Below, one piece after another: positions 1 through 8,939 of a stretch of DNA of 64,000 nt. The notes under the pieces were generated by a model. That model was given only the letters and a program-made list of their open reading frames with translations, was not told the origin of the DNA and ran no database searches. Source of the stretch: a virus (lineage: Duplodnaviria > Caudoviricetes). Position 1 is the first letter of the stretch, and every line of letters starts with the position of its first letter. The stretch lies in the IMG/VR virus record IMGVR_UViG_3300002220_000406, positions 869-64,868 of that record; one strand, given 5' to 3'. The translations under genes were made by a program, and so were the position numbers.

Positions 1-334
1 GTTTTTCCGCCAACGTGTCTAAATTGACTGCGGGTAAGAACTCCCAAATGCCGTCCGGGTCAGACGTCTGACGACGCTCGGCCCATAGCGGCATGAGAAT
101 GTCGTTGGCAGTCAAGGTCGACAAATTGACCGAGGAGGCGTCCACGGGCAGTTGAAATTCCGAAGTCCATTTGGATACCAAGTTCTGGTCCGAAGATCTC
201 AACCCCTCGTAGTAAAAAGCTAGACGCTGGAAAACAATGTCCGCTAGCTCACTGCGCTGCAGAAGCTCTGGTTCAGGTTGTCCCAGGCCAATAAAGGCCG
301 CGGACATTATTTTAGCCGGCGTATTCCAGTTCAT
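1..334 (-). CDS. 5' part of a virion (head-tail adaptor-like?) protein, truncated at window start
   Basis: Translated by hand: ATG at 334 overlaps the TAA of the upstream ORF (TAATG). Frame is open to base 1 (MNWNTPAKIMSAAFIGLGQPEPELLQRSELADIVFQRLAFYYEGLR...LDTLAEK). Position downstream of the capsid operon. Confidence 0.6.
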   Translation of the reverse strand, partial: MNWNTPAKIMSAAFIGLGQPEPELLQRSELADIVFQRLAFYYEGLRSSDQNLVSKWTSEFQLPVDASSVNLSTLTANDILMPLWAERRQTSDPDGIWEFLPAVNLDTLAEK

Positions 335-1224
335 TATTTCTCTTTCTTGACAGGCTTATCTTTAGCCGCAAGCAGGTTTTTAGCCTCTTCAAGCTCTCGT
401 TTAAGCCGTTCAATCTCTCCTTCTTCTTTCATTTCCTTGAGGACTTCTTTTAAAGAGTTTGCCATGACCGTGCCCTGCACTTCTGCCTGTTTGGCAACAA
501 GTTCAGCCTGTTCGACGTACGTCTCTTTCTTGTGGATCATCTTCATGAAATGTCTGTCAGCATCGTCTAGGGACGATTTGCCTGACTGCGCTCCAGCTGC
601 TCGTGAAGCTACTTCACCCGCAGACTGTTCGTATTTGTTTCGAGCGTGGACCAAGCCTACTTTGTAAGACTCGATCAATGTATCTCTAAGCGCATTTAGG
701 ACGGATTGATCCAAATCCGAGTCTGCTATCTTTTTAATGCAGGCTTCCGATTCTAAGTATTTGAGCCGACAGGTTGGGCACGGATCGGAATCGGCGTTTT
801 TATCAAAGCGCCTGCCAACGTTCGTCTCAAGGCCCATATCGCACGCCCCGATAAAGTCCGGGTGCACTGTGGCAAAATAAGCATCGGCTTCGTCTGTTCC
901 AGCCACCTTGTCGTATTCAAGCGGTGTCAGGCACTCTAAAACTCGAAATCCAAAATCGCCACTGCCGCCATGCGTGAATTTGCTCGCTACGGCGTCTGCA
1001 AATTGACGAGAGGACTGCTCGGCCTTTGACTGCCTGAAATCGTTGTTTAGGTGGGTGTCAACTCGTGGCTTAAAGAGTATCAATTCGCCTTGGGGAATAT
1101 TTTCGGATTGAAGGTTTGTCGCCAAAGGCCTAGCCCTCATATATTTAAATCCCGGCGCAAATCCGTATACGCGACGTCTGTCGACGGGGTTGGTTGTTGT
1201 GTTATCTGCAAATCTATTGCTCAT
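334..1224 (-). CDS. hypothetical phage protein (296 aa, CxxC motif, coiled-coil C-terminus)
   Basis: Long ORF tightly packed in the capsid operon; CPTC motif; no recognisable family. Confidence 0.75.
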   Translation of the reverse strand: MSNRFADNTTTNPVDRRRVYGFAPGFKYMRARPLATNLQSENIPQGELILFKPRVDTHLNNDFRQSKAEQSSRQFADAVASKFTHGGSGDFGFRVLECLTPLEYDKVAGTDEADAYFATVHPDFIGACDMGLETNVGRRFDKNADSDPCPTCRLKYLESEACIKKIADSDLDQSVLNALRDTLIESYKVGLVHARNKYEQSAGEVASRAAGAQSGKSSLDDADRHFMKMIHKKETYVEQAELVAKQAEVQGTVMANSLKEVLKEMKEEGEIERLKRELEEAKNLLAAKDKPVKKEK

Positions 1225-1225
1225 A

Positions 1226-1798
1226 TCATTTAGGGTGCGTGGAATACGCCGTGTTTATGCTGCGTCCAATTTTGTCCCAGTTCTTTAAGTGGTAGTCCCG
1301 AATATCGTCCTGTTCTTTGTCTACTTCTTCGCTCTTTTCTTTTTGCAGCACCTGCTGCTGCTTTTCAATTGCCTCGTTGCGCTCCGCTTCGGTGCTTTCG
1401 GCAAAATCGCGATCCCGGGCAATCTGCTTTCTGATCAAAAGCATCAAGTTCTCGTCAAGAGGCAGAAAGGAGCCATCCTTGGTCAAGGGCAAAGACATCG
1501 TGTACTTGCCTCGAGAAGGAAACGGCCCTTTAAGATCTACCCACGATTGAGACACGTCGTCTTGAAAATAGCGTCCTTCGTCCCATTGCTCCGGGTCTCC
1601 AAAAAAGGCTGGTGGCTGCCATCTTTCAAGAACCCAACATTCCATTGAGCCACCTTTTTGCGGGTTGATGTATTTCATCCTTCCGTTGTGATCTCGTTCA
1701 TCTGGCCCAAACACGACGCGAAGGATATTTTCACCAAAATAATTGGTGCCACACAAGTTTTTCAGTTCACTGTCCCACCAGTCGGGCTTATAAGGCAT
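1226..1798 (-). CDS. hypothetical phage structural-operon protein (190 aa)
   Basis: ORF abutting its neighbours; W/P/G-rich globular N-terminus (WVLERWQPP..G, GPFPSRGKY) and helical C-terminus. Confidence 0.75.
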   Translation of the reverse strand: MPYKPDWWDSELKNLCGTNYFGENILRVVFGPDERDHNGRMKYINPQKGGSMECWVLERWQPPAFFGDPEQWDEGRYFQDDVSQSWVDLKGPFPSRGKYTMSLPLTKDGSFLPLDENLMLLIRKQIARDRDFAESTEAERNEAIEKQQQVLQKEKSEEVDKEQDDIRDYHLKNWDKIGRSINTAYSTHPK

Positions 1799-1800
1799 AA

Positions 1801-2763
1801 TTAATACTGTCGTCGTCTAGGTATCCGGTCCTGCGGAAGCTCTTCTTCCGAGTACATATTTAAATCGCTCGCAAAAGAAGGTGGTCCCTGGGGGATTTCT
1901 TGAGGTTCGCGACCGGGAAATGCTTTTTGAGCTGGCTGCGGGACCTGAGTACGCTCTCTGTATTGCCTTGCGGCTGGTTGATTTTGCTGCATCATACCCC
2001 CGGCAAAAGGCGACGAGCCCTGGCTCATGCGTTGCTGAGCATGCGCAACGGCCTTATCCAATATAGAGCGTGGTATTTGATCTGGTGACGGTCCTGACTG
2101 CAAGAATTGTAGCTCTTGCTGAGTTAGTCCTGGCACCATAAGTGGGATCTGGACTTCCTGTCCATCCATGTTCACGCCCACGCTAAGCTCTGTCATTGTG
2201 CGACCGTCATTTGCGGTCATTGGCCCTAAAAATCCTTGCCCCTTGGCCGATCCGTCTTGCCTGTACCCATAATCAGGCATCGAGGAGTGATCCTGTGGCC
2301 TGTAACCTACGGGCGCGGACGATGAGGAATGGTCTTGATAGCCGTATCCTTGCGGCTGGCTGCCCGATTGTCCCATTGATTGAAGGTAATCCTTAATGCC
2401 CCCCGCTGCAGCACCGATCTGTGGTGCGCCGGGTATGAACGCTCCCCCGCCGTACATTGTTAATTGCTCAGCGGTAGGCATTATGCTGTCTAAACCTCTC
2501 TCGACCATTTTGGGGTCTGCGCCAAAATATGAGCCAACGGCGTTGATGGCTGGCGTGGCTGGGCTGAGTTTTGTCAAAATGTCGGTCATCCAGTGCGGGT
2601 TTTGACGGTCAGGCGCCGGAGAGTCCCAATTGGCTTCCTCTTGCCCCTGCTCGTCGTAAATGGCCGTATTGACGTTTGTTCCGCCTCCGCGCTGAAGGGC
2701 CCTCATGGCCTCTTCCTGCCGCCTGCGTTCCATCATCCGCTGTAGTTCTTGTTCGTTTTGCAT
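1801..2763 (-). CDS. Q/G/P-rich putative internal virion protein (320 aa)
   Basis: Low-complexity ORF with one globular block (KGQGFLGPM...TELSVGV...EVQIPLMVPGLT...KAVAHAQQRMSQGSSPF), following the capsid terminator. Confidence 0.6.
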   Translation of the reverse strand: MQNEQELQRMMERRRQEEAMRALQRGGGTNVNTAIYDEQGQEEANWDSPAPDRQNPHWMTDILTKLSPATPAINAVGSYFGADPKMVERGLDSIMPTAEQLTMYGGGAFIPGAPQIGAAAGGIKDYLQSMGQSGSQPQGYGYQDHSSSSAPVGYRPQDHSSMPDYGYRQDGSAKGQGFLGPMTANDGRTMTELSVGVNMDGQEVQIPLMVPGLTQQELQFLQSGPSPDQIPRSILDKAVAHAQQRMSQGSSPFAGGMMQQNQPAARQYRERTQVPQPAQKAFPGREPQEIPQGPPSFASDLNMYSEEELPQDRIPRRRQY

Positions 2764-2774
2764 AGGGGCTTGTT

Positions 2775-2801
2775 AAAAAGGGGAGGGGAAGGCCCCTCCC
2801 C
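2775..2801 (-). terminator. rho-independent terminator after the major capsid gene
   Basis: GGGGAGGGG-4 nt loop-CCCCTCCCC perfect stem, followed by TTTTT on the minus strand just after the capsid stop. Confidence 0.85.
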
Positions 2802-2807
2802 GGTCCA

Positions 2808-4178
2808 TTAGATCATGGTCGCTTTCTGAGTGACCAATCCGCTGATGGTGATACCCGACATCTTGCCGAGCTTGTGTGGCGTCGGCGAGAAGAACTGACC
2901 GACAAAGTCATGGTATGACGCTCTGGTCAAGACCGGGACTCCGTCAGCGTTCACGAGGTTGATGTAGCCAGACTGCGGCATGCCGTCAGCAATGGCTCCA
3001 AGCTCCTTGAGAACTGCCTTCTTGAAGAATTTCGGGTTGCAGAAGTAGATCTCATCGCCTCTGACCGAGTTGCAGGTCTTGATCGGCGCTCCGAACCATG
3101 TGAACTCGAAATTCTTAAATCCGAGATCGTAGTCCGGTTTGCCCGACGAGCTGTGCTCAAAGGTTTTGATACCACCGATAACCGCTCCGTTTGCAAGCGA
3201 AAGGTTGTAGTAGTTCTGCTTCTGGGTAACGCCCATAAGGAGCCAGAGCTGGTCAACCAGTTCTGTTCCCTTTCCGAACCCGTATCCACCTCTCTGCTGA
3301 ATGCCGAAGTAGGTGGCGGTAAGGGCTCCTGCGGTAAGTGCGCCGTTGACTTCATTCTCGTAAGCCTGAAGCTGGGTCACTGTTCCGCGAGCTTTACCGA
3401 AATAGGTTCCGGTGCTGTCGATGAGGTACGGAAGTCCCGCGATGAATCCGGTGGCTGCGTTGGCAGTCCCGATTTCAGGCACGAGAATGTCTCCCGACAC
3501 GTAATCGGTCGGAAGTTCCGTTGTTGACACGAACACGACGTTTGCAGCCGTTTTCGATTCGACCTTAAAACTACCCGCAGCGCATCCGGGTGAGGCTACT
3601 GCCCCTGCGGTACGCTTTGTCGTTCCTGCGGCGTTGTAGATCGAGTACACGCCGCCAACAACTACCTGGCTAGGCCCAATAGAGTCTCCGGTGCCATTGG
3701 CAACAAAGGTCCTCTTGGTTGTGGCATTGGTGCCAAGGTAGCTAGCTGACGCGGTCGCGAGAGCAGCCGTGCCATCTCCTCTCGACACGTAGTCGTTGAG
3801 GAACTTGACCATCTGCTTCATGTCCGATTCAAGCGCGCGGGCGACCTGGTCTTCAGCGGTTTCTTTGTTGTTGTTAAGAAGCGCCTCGTAGGTCGTTCCA
3901 CGGCCCTGCATGAGCTGTCCGTAGTTGATGACCATGTTGTCGAGGTCTCTCGATCCGATCATCGGTGTTGCTCCGCCGTCAAGGTCAATGACCGAGAGGG
4001 ACGGGTTTGGTGAAAGTTCTAGCGGGACTTTGACGCCGAGCGTGTTGATCGGTGTCGACTCCCATGATGTTGCCATTGACCAAACGTCAGCTTCATTCTG
4101 ATAGTTGACGGCGGTCTCGTGCAAGTATATGCGTTGAGCATTTTGCTGCTCTACGCTTGTGAAAGGTTTATTAGCCAT
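2808..4178 (-). CDS. major capsid protein (HK97 fold, P22-coat-like, with insertion domain)
   Basis: 456 aa, directly after an acidic scaffold-like gene, strong RBS (AGGAG), own terminator, capsid-like sequence pattern (LESDMKQMVKFLNDY..RGDGTAAL). Confidence 0.75.
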   Translation of the reverse strand: MANKPFTSVEQQNAQRIYLHETAVNYQNEADVWSMATSWESTPINTLGVKVPLELSPNPSLSVIDLDGGATPMIGSRDLDNMVINYGQLMQGRGTTYEALLNNNKETAEDQVARALESDMKQMVKFLNDYVSRGDGTAALATASASYLGTNATTKRTFVANGTGDSIGPSQVVVGGVYSIYNAAGTTKRTAGAVASPGCAAGSFKVESKTAANVVFVSTTELPTDYVSGDILVPEIGTANAATGFIAGLPYLIDSTGTYFGKARGTVTQLQAYENEVNGALTAGALTATYFGIQQRGGYGFGKGTELVDQLWLLMGVTQKQNYYNLSLANGAVIGGIKTFEHSSSGKPDYDLGFKNFEFTWFGAPIKTCNSVRGDEIYFCNPKFFKKAVLKELGAIADGMPQSGYINLVNADGVPVLTRASYHDFVGQFFSPTPHKLGKMSGITISGLVTQKATMI

Positions 4179-4206
4179 TTATACACTCCTGAGTTTTAAA
4201 ATTGAC

Positions 4207-5484
4207 TTAAACCTGACGCGCGTCGCTGTTTGTTTTGAGCGCTGTCAAAAAGCGTTCACGGGCTTTAGCTTGCCTGTCTTCCAGCGAACCGGAAGTGCTA
4301 GGCATTTGTACCCCGCCACTTTTTGGCTTAGCCGTGCCATTCTGGGCAGCTTTGGCGCTACGGGATCCCGTGGTGACCTTTTTCATGTCAGCCTGGATGC
4401 CTCGCACCAGTTCCAAGGCCATTGCTTGGGCCTTGTTGCCGAGAATGTGCATGTTAGCACTCGCCATTGGGACTCGTTTGTCTCCTTGCTTGTATCGGCC
4501 CATTTGAGCCACAAACCTTGCGATTTCGGTAAATTCATCCGAATAACGCAACTTAGACAAAATGTTTTCCTTTACCATTTTAGCAAGTTCGCCTTGGCCC
4601 CAGTCGACCTTAGATAGAACAGCTTCTATCTTTTTCGGTACTTCAACCTGGAAGTCTTCGTCAAACTCTTGCAAAACTGCGGTAGTAGGAACCCCGGCAT
4701 TTTGAGCGGTAAATTGCTGTGGGTTGTTAAGCATGTAATGCATTTCGGCAATCTGCCTCTGCTGCTCTTCCTGCTTCGTCAACATGTCGCGGTACAAGTC
4801 TGTTTCCTGAAAATTACTCTGGAACTCTTGCTCCGCAAACTCCACGTCCAATAAACCCGCTTTGTCTAGCTCGAGAAGTCTTTGAACTCTCGGGACATCC
4901 ACCTGAAATTGGTCAAGTACGTCGACCATGTAGGAGATGTTTTCTCTGGTTGCGTTATATGATCCAAATTCGTTCTGCAAATACTCATCTGCAGTCGCGG
5001 GGGTGGACAGAATGGACTGTGCAGCTCCGGCTACAAATTGCATTGCAACGTTTGGATTCGCTTCAAAGAGTGCTTGTGCGGCGTCTGCCAGCTCGTCGTC
5101 TGTGGCTGAAGATTTCTTCAATGCCTTGGCGAACGGCTTAAATGCCTCGATTCCGAAATCGCCCCCAATCTCCTCGAGCACTTCCGCTCGTGTCTTGGCT
5201 TCCTGAGTAAGTTCCATGAACTCCTCTTTCAGCTCCTTGGGTATGCGCAATTTGCGGATTTCATCTTCGGAGCGATAACGCTTCTCAAATTCCGAAAATT
5301 CGTCTACGGGCTCAGCAGGCTCGTCTAAGCCTTCCGGCTCTTCAGCGTCTGCGTCTTCTTCAACACTTTCCGTCGGTTCGACTTCATCAGCGGCCTCATC
5401 GGCGGCGGAATCCTCTACCTCGGGCTCAGGAGTGTCAACGGCGGTCTCATCGACGGCGGTTTCATCCGTAATTTCTTCATTCAT
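4207..5484 (-). CDS. capsid scaffolding protein
   Basis: 425 aa, very acidic disordered N-terminus, helical body, basic C-terminal helix, immediately upstream of the capsid gene. Confidence 0.65.
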   Translation of the reverse strand: MNEEITDETAVDETAVDTPEPEVEDSAADEAADEVEPTESVEEDADAEEPEGLDEPAEPVDEFSEFEKRYRSEDEIRKLRIPKELKEEFMELTQEAKTRAEVLEEIGGDFGIEAFKPFAKALKKSSATDDELADAAQALFEANPNVAMQFVAGAAQSILSTPATADEYLQNEFGSYNATRENISYMVDVLDQFQVDVPRVQRLLELDKAGLLDVEFAEQEFQSNFQETDLYRDMLTKQEEQQRQIAEMHYMLNNPQQFTAQNAGVPTTAVLQEFDEDFQVEVPKKIEAVLSKVDWGQGELAKMVKENILSKLRYSDEFTEIARFVAQMGRYKQGDKRVPMASANMHILGNKAQAMALELVRGIQADMKKVTTGSRSAKAAQNGTAKPKSGGVQMPSTSGSLEDRQAKARERFLTALKTNSDARQV

Positions 5485-5562
5485 AGATCAAATGCCTTAT
5501 GGCTTGTTTTTTCCTTGCGATCAGTTGTCAAGTATAAGTACGCCGACTTTCATCAGCGTATG

Positions 5563-5591
5563 TTGAGAATATCATAAAAATTTGTTATAGT
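5563..5591 (+). promoter_or_regulatory. sigma70-type promoter for a leaderless SLT transcript
   Basis: TTGAGA (5563-5568), 17 bp, TATAGT (5586-5591) with extended TG; ATG 6 nt downstream and no RBS. Confidence 0.7.
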
Positions 5592-5597
5592 AAAGCG

Positions 5598-6293
5598 ATG
5601 CCCAATAAGAAAAAGACATCGCGAGCACCAGCCAAGCCCCCGGGAGCGCCGGCGAAAAGTGTGTACGACCGCTATATTGACGAGGCTGCTGCGGAGCATG
5701 GCATAGATAGGTGGCTTTTGAGATCCATTATTTGGAATGAATCTAGTGACGATCCCAACGCAAGAAGCCAAGTTGGGGCCAGAGGCTTGGCACAGATAAT
5801 GCCGGCGACCTTCAATTACATTAGAACGGGGTTAGGATATAAAGACGTAAAAAATATTGATGATCCAAGGGACAATGTCCGGGCCGGGGCAAAATACCTG
5901 CGATATTTAATGGACAAGTTTAAAAATCCGACCATGGCCGTTGCTGCTTATAACGCAGGCCCAGGTAATGTGAACAGGCATATCAGGAAGGGAACAGCTA
6001 TCAATGGCGTGCCAGATATCAAGGAAACTCGAGATTATGTGGGCAAGGTAATGGGAGATTACAATCGCTTTGCAACTGAGATGCAAAAAACAACTCAGCA
6101 GCAGCAAGACCTTGCTCAACCGAACGCCATGAAAATACCAAGTTTAATGGAAATGTTTGGACCGAAAACCCAAGGACCCTTGCTCAATACAATTCCAGCG
6201 GCAACGCCGCCTCCACAGCAGCAAAGCCCAGTGTCAGACCTATCCCAAATCCCCGGCGTCGGTTTCGCGAAGAAACTTCTCGGCTGGGATTAA
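5598..6293 (+). CDS. lytic transglycosylase (SLT/GH23 family) with Q/P-rich tail
   Basis: Motifs IIWNESS, GARGLAQIMPAT, NVRAGAKYL, AVAAYNAGPGNV and ETRDYV are canonical for SLT domains. Confidence 0.92.
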   Translation: MPNKKKTSRAPAKPPGAPAKSVYDRYIDEAAAEHGIDRWLLRSIIWNESSDDPNARSQVGARGLAQIMPATFNYIRTGLGYKDVKNIDDPRDNVRAGAKYLRYLMDKFKNPTMAVAAYNAGPGNVNRHIRKGTAINGVPDIKETRDYVGKVMGDYNRFATEMQKTTQQQQDLAQPNAMKIPSLMEMFGPKTQGPLLNTIPAATPPPQQQSPVSDLSQIPGVGFAKKLLGWD

Positions 6294-6314
6294 ATCAAAA
6301 AGCAAACGACACAG

Positions 6315-6578
6315 TTATCGCTCATAATGATCCCTCTCCTTGAACAGATCCGGCAATCCCTCCTGATATCTCGCTGGGAGTGTGTCAGGCTTGTTCTTTG
6401 CCGCTCTAACCTGATCCGTAATTTGATTGGGAAGGTTATTTCTGTAAAACAGTCTATCCAGAAGTTGCTGTTGTACGGCCTCGTGCTGCTTTACCATAAA
6501 CTTCAAAGTCCTTACCTCGAAATGTCTGATAAAAACGCCGATTGCGATTCCGGCAAGGGCAATTAGTGTGTATTCCAT
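6315..6578 (-). CDS. small membrane-anchored protein (87 aa)
   Basis: ATG at 6578 coupled to the terminase stop (TAATG); N-terminal hydrophobic segment MEYTLIALAGIAIGVFI. Confidence 0.65.
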   Translation of the reverse strand: MEYTLIALAGIAIGVFIRHFEVRTLKFMVKQHEAVQQQLLDRLFYRNNLPNQITDQVRAAKNKPDTLPARYQEGLPDLFKERDHYER

Positions 6579-8380
6579 TATCTGAACTCCAAACTGTCGT
6601 CGTTTTTCTTGTCTTCTTCCATTCTTTTTTGCAGATATAGGATCTGGGCCATTTTCGTGGTGACGTGATCCGATGCCGCAAGGTGCGATGGCATATCCCT
6701 GATGAATTTTTCCGTCTGCGTAAGTGGTGCCGCGCGTGGCCCAAACAGCGCAAAAACGCCTTTTAATGAGTCGCACATGTCATCATTGATTTTGGAAGGC
6801 TTTTGAGCGGTCATCCCGTGCTCGGTTAGTTTGACGGGAACATATTCCCATGCCGACACCTGCTCTCGCAGCAATCTGTGGCCATTGTCGTCTTGCGCAC
6901 CGGTTACCTGATCGTCGTCGACAATGTAATAAAGCATTGGATCGCCTAACTTGTACAGATCGTCAACTGTTTCGTCTTCTTTAAACGGATTTGGACGTGT
7001 CCTGTCGGGCCTGGACAGGTGTCGCCACTGCGGAACGCCATCTTCAGATCGGTAATACTGGAATTTAGTAAAGGGCATGCTGTATTTCTGTCTCAGGGTA
7101 AGCATTTCACCCGTTCTTTCGTGCGACATCTGCCAAGATTCGATCTTTTCCCCGTACATTTCCTTTTTTATCGTTTCGGCTTGATCGTCTATAGACGTTC
7201 CCTTGAACGATCTAGAACGGTACACAAACAGTTTGTTAGGCAATATCGAGTTTTCTCCAGATGCTGCAACAAATACCCATGCTGAATAGTGCGGGTGTTG
7301 CCCTTCGGAATAACCAATGTCCAGCCCCACCTTGACCCTCCAATGGCTTGGGATTGCCCGGACACCGTACACCGATTCAAACTCGCTCCAGGTGATGACC
7401 TGCGTTTGCTCGTTGTATTCAGGAATGACTTTACCTGAGCGGTAACGATCCAGCTCGTTCTGGTATTCAGCCAAAAACGTGTTGAGCCCGGAAGCGTTAA
7501 GAAACTTCTGAGCCTTCTTGATGTCAAACCCAGACCAAGACGGAACCGAATCCGGTTGAATGGTATGCCGCATCCTACCCTCAACCATTTCCGTGCTAAC
7601 GTTTAGGTGCGTAAATGCTTTGGTTACCCCGATTACCGTTCTGTCTGACAATGCGTCAGAGGTTCCGGAATAAATCTGGTTGAGCACCGAGTGTTCCGAG
7701 ATCAAGTTTTGAGGAAAGTCGATGGTTGCGTTATCGGTGACCACGGGAAGTATGGATGCCTTGATTACGTTGATCTTGTTCTGTGCAACGGCAACGGAAT
7801 CCTTGATGTCGTCGATATCGTCCAGGATAATCTGGTTGGGACGCAGCGTGCCCACCCTGAGTCCTCGCATCGAGCTGTTGAGTCCCTTTGCGCGAAATAT
7901 GGCACCAGATCGCGTGATGAACACGTCTTTGTTCCAGGTGTCCGTGCCTCCGAATTTCTGCTCTTTAGGCTCGGACAATCCCGGGTAGAACTTGGCAATC
8001 TGTGAATCGGGATGCTCAATCAGGTATTTGATGTTAGAGACGTGTTCCCTGGCCTGATCGTCTACGGAGCAGACATACAAAAGGTAGGATTCACCAAGAA
8101 CGGCAGCCCTCATCAATCCCCCAACCTCGGCCATTGTCGATTTTCCCATGCCTCGGCCAAGAATGATCAAGGTTACAAGGTCTTTGGGCTCGACAGGCTC
8201 ATTGTTCTTCAGCCGGGTAAGTACACTCCATTTATGCTCCCAATATCTGGCGTGGTCATCGGAAAAATTGTCCGAAAATACAAAGGGAAATAAGGTCAAA
8301 AGCCACTCTTTCCATCCCTTCGACTCCAAAAGAGCGGATTCCGACTTCCAAAATTCGTTGCCTAAATCGGTTAATTTCAT
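6578..8380 (-). CDS. terL: terminase large subunit
   Basis: Walker A GRGMGKST, Walker B-like IILDDID after RGLR, RNase H-like nuclease motifs VGLDIGY and DDMCDSLKG. Start placed at ATG 8380 (TAATG coupling). Confidence 0.92.
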   Translation of the reverse strand: MKLTDLGNEFWKSESALLESKGWKEWLLTLFPFVFSDNFSDDHARYWEHKWSVLTRLKNNEPVEPKDLVTLIILGRGMGKSTMAEVGGLMRAAVLGESYLLYVCSVDDQAREHVSNIKYLIEHPDSQIAKFYPGLSEPKEQKFGGTDTWNKDVFITRSGAIFRAKGLNSSMRGLRVGTLRPNQIILDDIDDIKDSVAVAQNKINVIKASILPVVTDNATIDFPQNLISEHSVLNQIYSGTSDALSDRTVIGVTKAFTHLNVSTEMVEGRMRHTIQPDSVPSWSGFDIKKAQKFLNASGLNTFLAEYQNELDRYRSGKVIPEYNEQTQVITWSEFESVYGVRAIPSHWRVKVGLDIGYSEGQHPHYSAWVFVAASGENSILPNKLFVYRSRSFKGTSIDDQAETIKKEMYGEKIESWQMSHERTGEMLTLRQKYSMPFTKFQYYRSEDGVPQWRHLSRPDRTRPNPFKEDETVDDLYKLGDPMLYYIVDDDQVTGAQDDNGHRLLREQVSAWEYVPVKLTEHGMTAQKPSKINDDMCDSLKGVFALFGPRAAPLTQTEKFIRDMPSHLAASDHVTTKMAQILYLQKRMEEDKKNDDSLEFR

Positions 8381-8565
8381 TACCAGTGTTTGGGCGTCCA
8401 ACCCGATCCTCGAAATTGAGGCGGTGAGGTTGCTGCAACGGCTTTTTCGGCCTTCTGCCCACATTCAGGGCATTTTATCGTGTCCGTCCGCTCAGAAACC
8501 TTTAAAATCTTCTGTGTGCGTGTCTGACACTTGTCGTTCAGGCATTGATATTCATATATCGGCAT
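8380..8565 (-). CDS. FmdB-family zinc-ribbon protein (61 aa)
   Basis: MPIYEYQCxxxxC...CPECG...FRGSGW matches the FmdB (CxxC_CxxC_SSSS) signature. Confidence 0.8.
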   Translation of the reverse strand: MPIYEYQCLNDKCQTRTQKILKVSERTDTIKCPECGQKAEKAVAATSPPQFRGSGWTPKHW

Positions 8566-8566
8566 A

Positions 8567-8797
8567 TTAGTTAATGTAAGCCACTCCGTTCTCAAATTTA
8601 ACGTCTTCGGCAAAGCCTTGGATCACAAGATGGGGTTGGCCTTTCTTCCATTTGCTTTCCGTTGGCACGTTAACAACGATGTTGTCAGCGGTGTAACACG
8701 CTCCTTTCCAGTGGACGCTGAGACATCCCTTGGCACGGTAATAATGGTAATAAAACCTATATTTCTTTGTCCCAGTTTGGGGTTGGTTTGTCGACAT
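8567..8797 (-). CDS. hypothetical phage protein
   Basis: ORF MSTNQPQ...FYYHY..KGCLSVHWKGAC...QPHLVIQG; packed with its neighbours. Confidence 0.65.
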   Translation of the reverse strand: MSTNQPQTGTKKYRFYYHYYRAKGCLSVHWKGACYTADNIVVNVPTESKWKKGQPHLVIQGFAEDVKFENGVAYIN

Positions 8798-8939
8798 AGG
8801 CCAATCCTCGCAGCGTGTCCTTGTGTTGCTGCCACGCAAGTAACGCTTTGTAACATCCATTTTCTCTCAATTCAGCCTCGATCTTTTCAAATTCACGGTC
8901 AAAGTCGCTGACTGTGCGATATTTTAACTCAAGGTTCAC
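8757..8939 (-). CDS. hypothetical protein (60 aa)
   Basis: GTG start with GAGGTGG RBS; overlaps both neighbours. Confidence 0.5.
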   Translation of the reverse strand: MNLELKYRTVSDFDREFEKIEAELRENGCYKALLAWQQHKDTLRGLAYVDKPTPNWDKEI

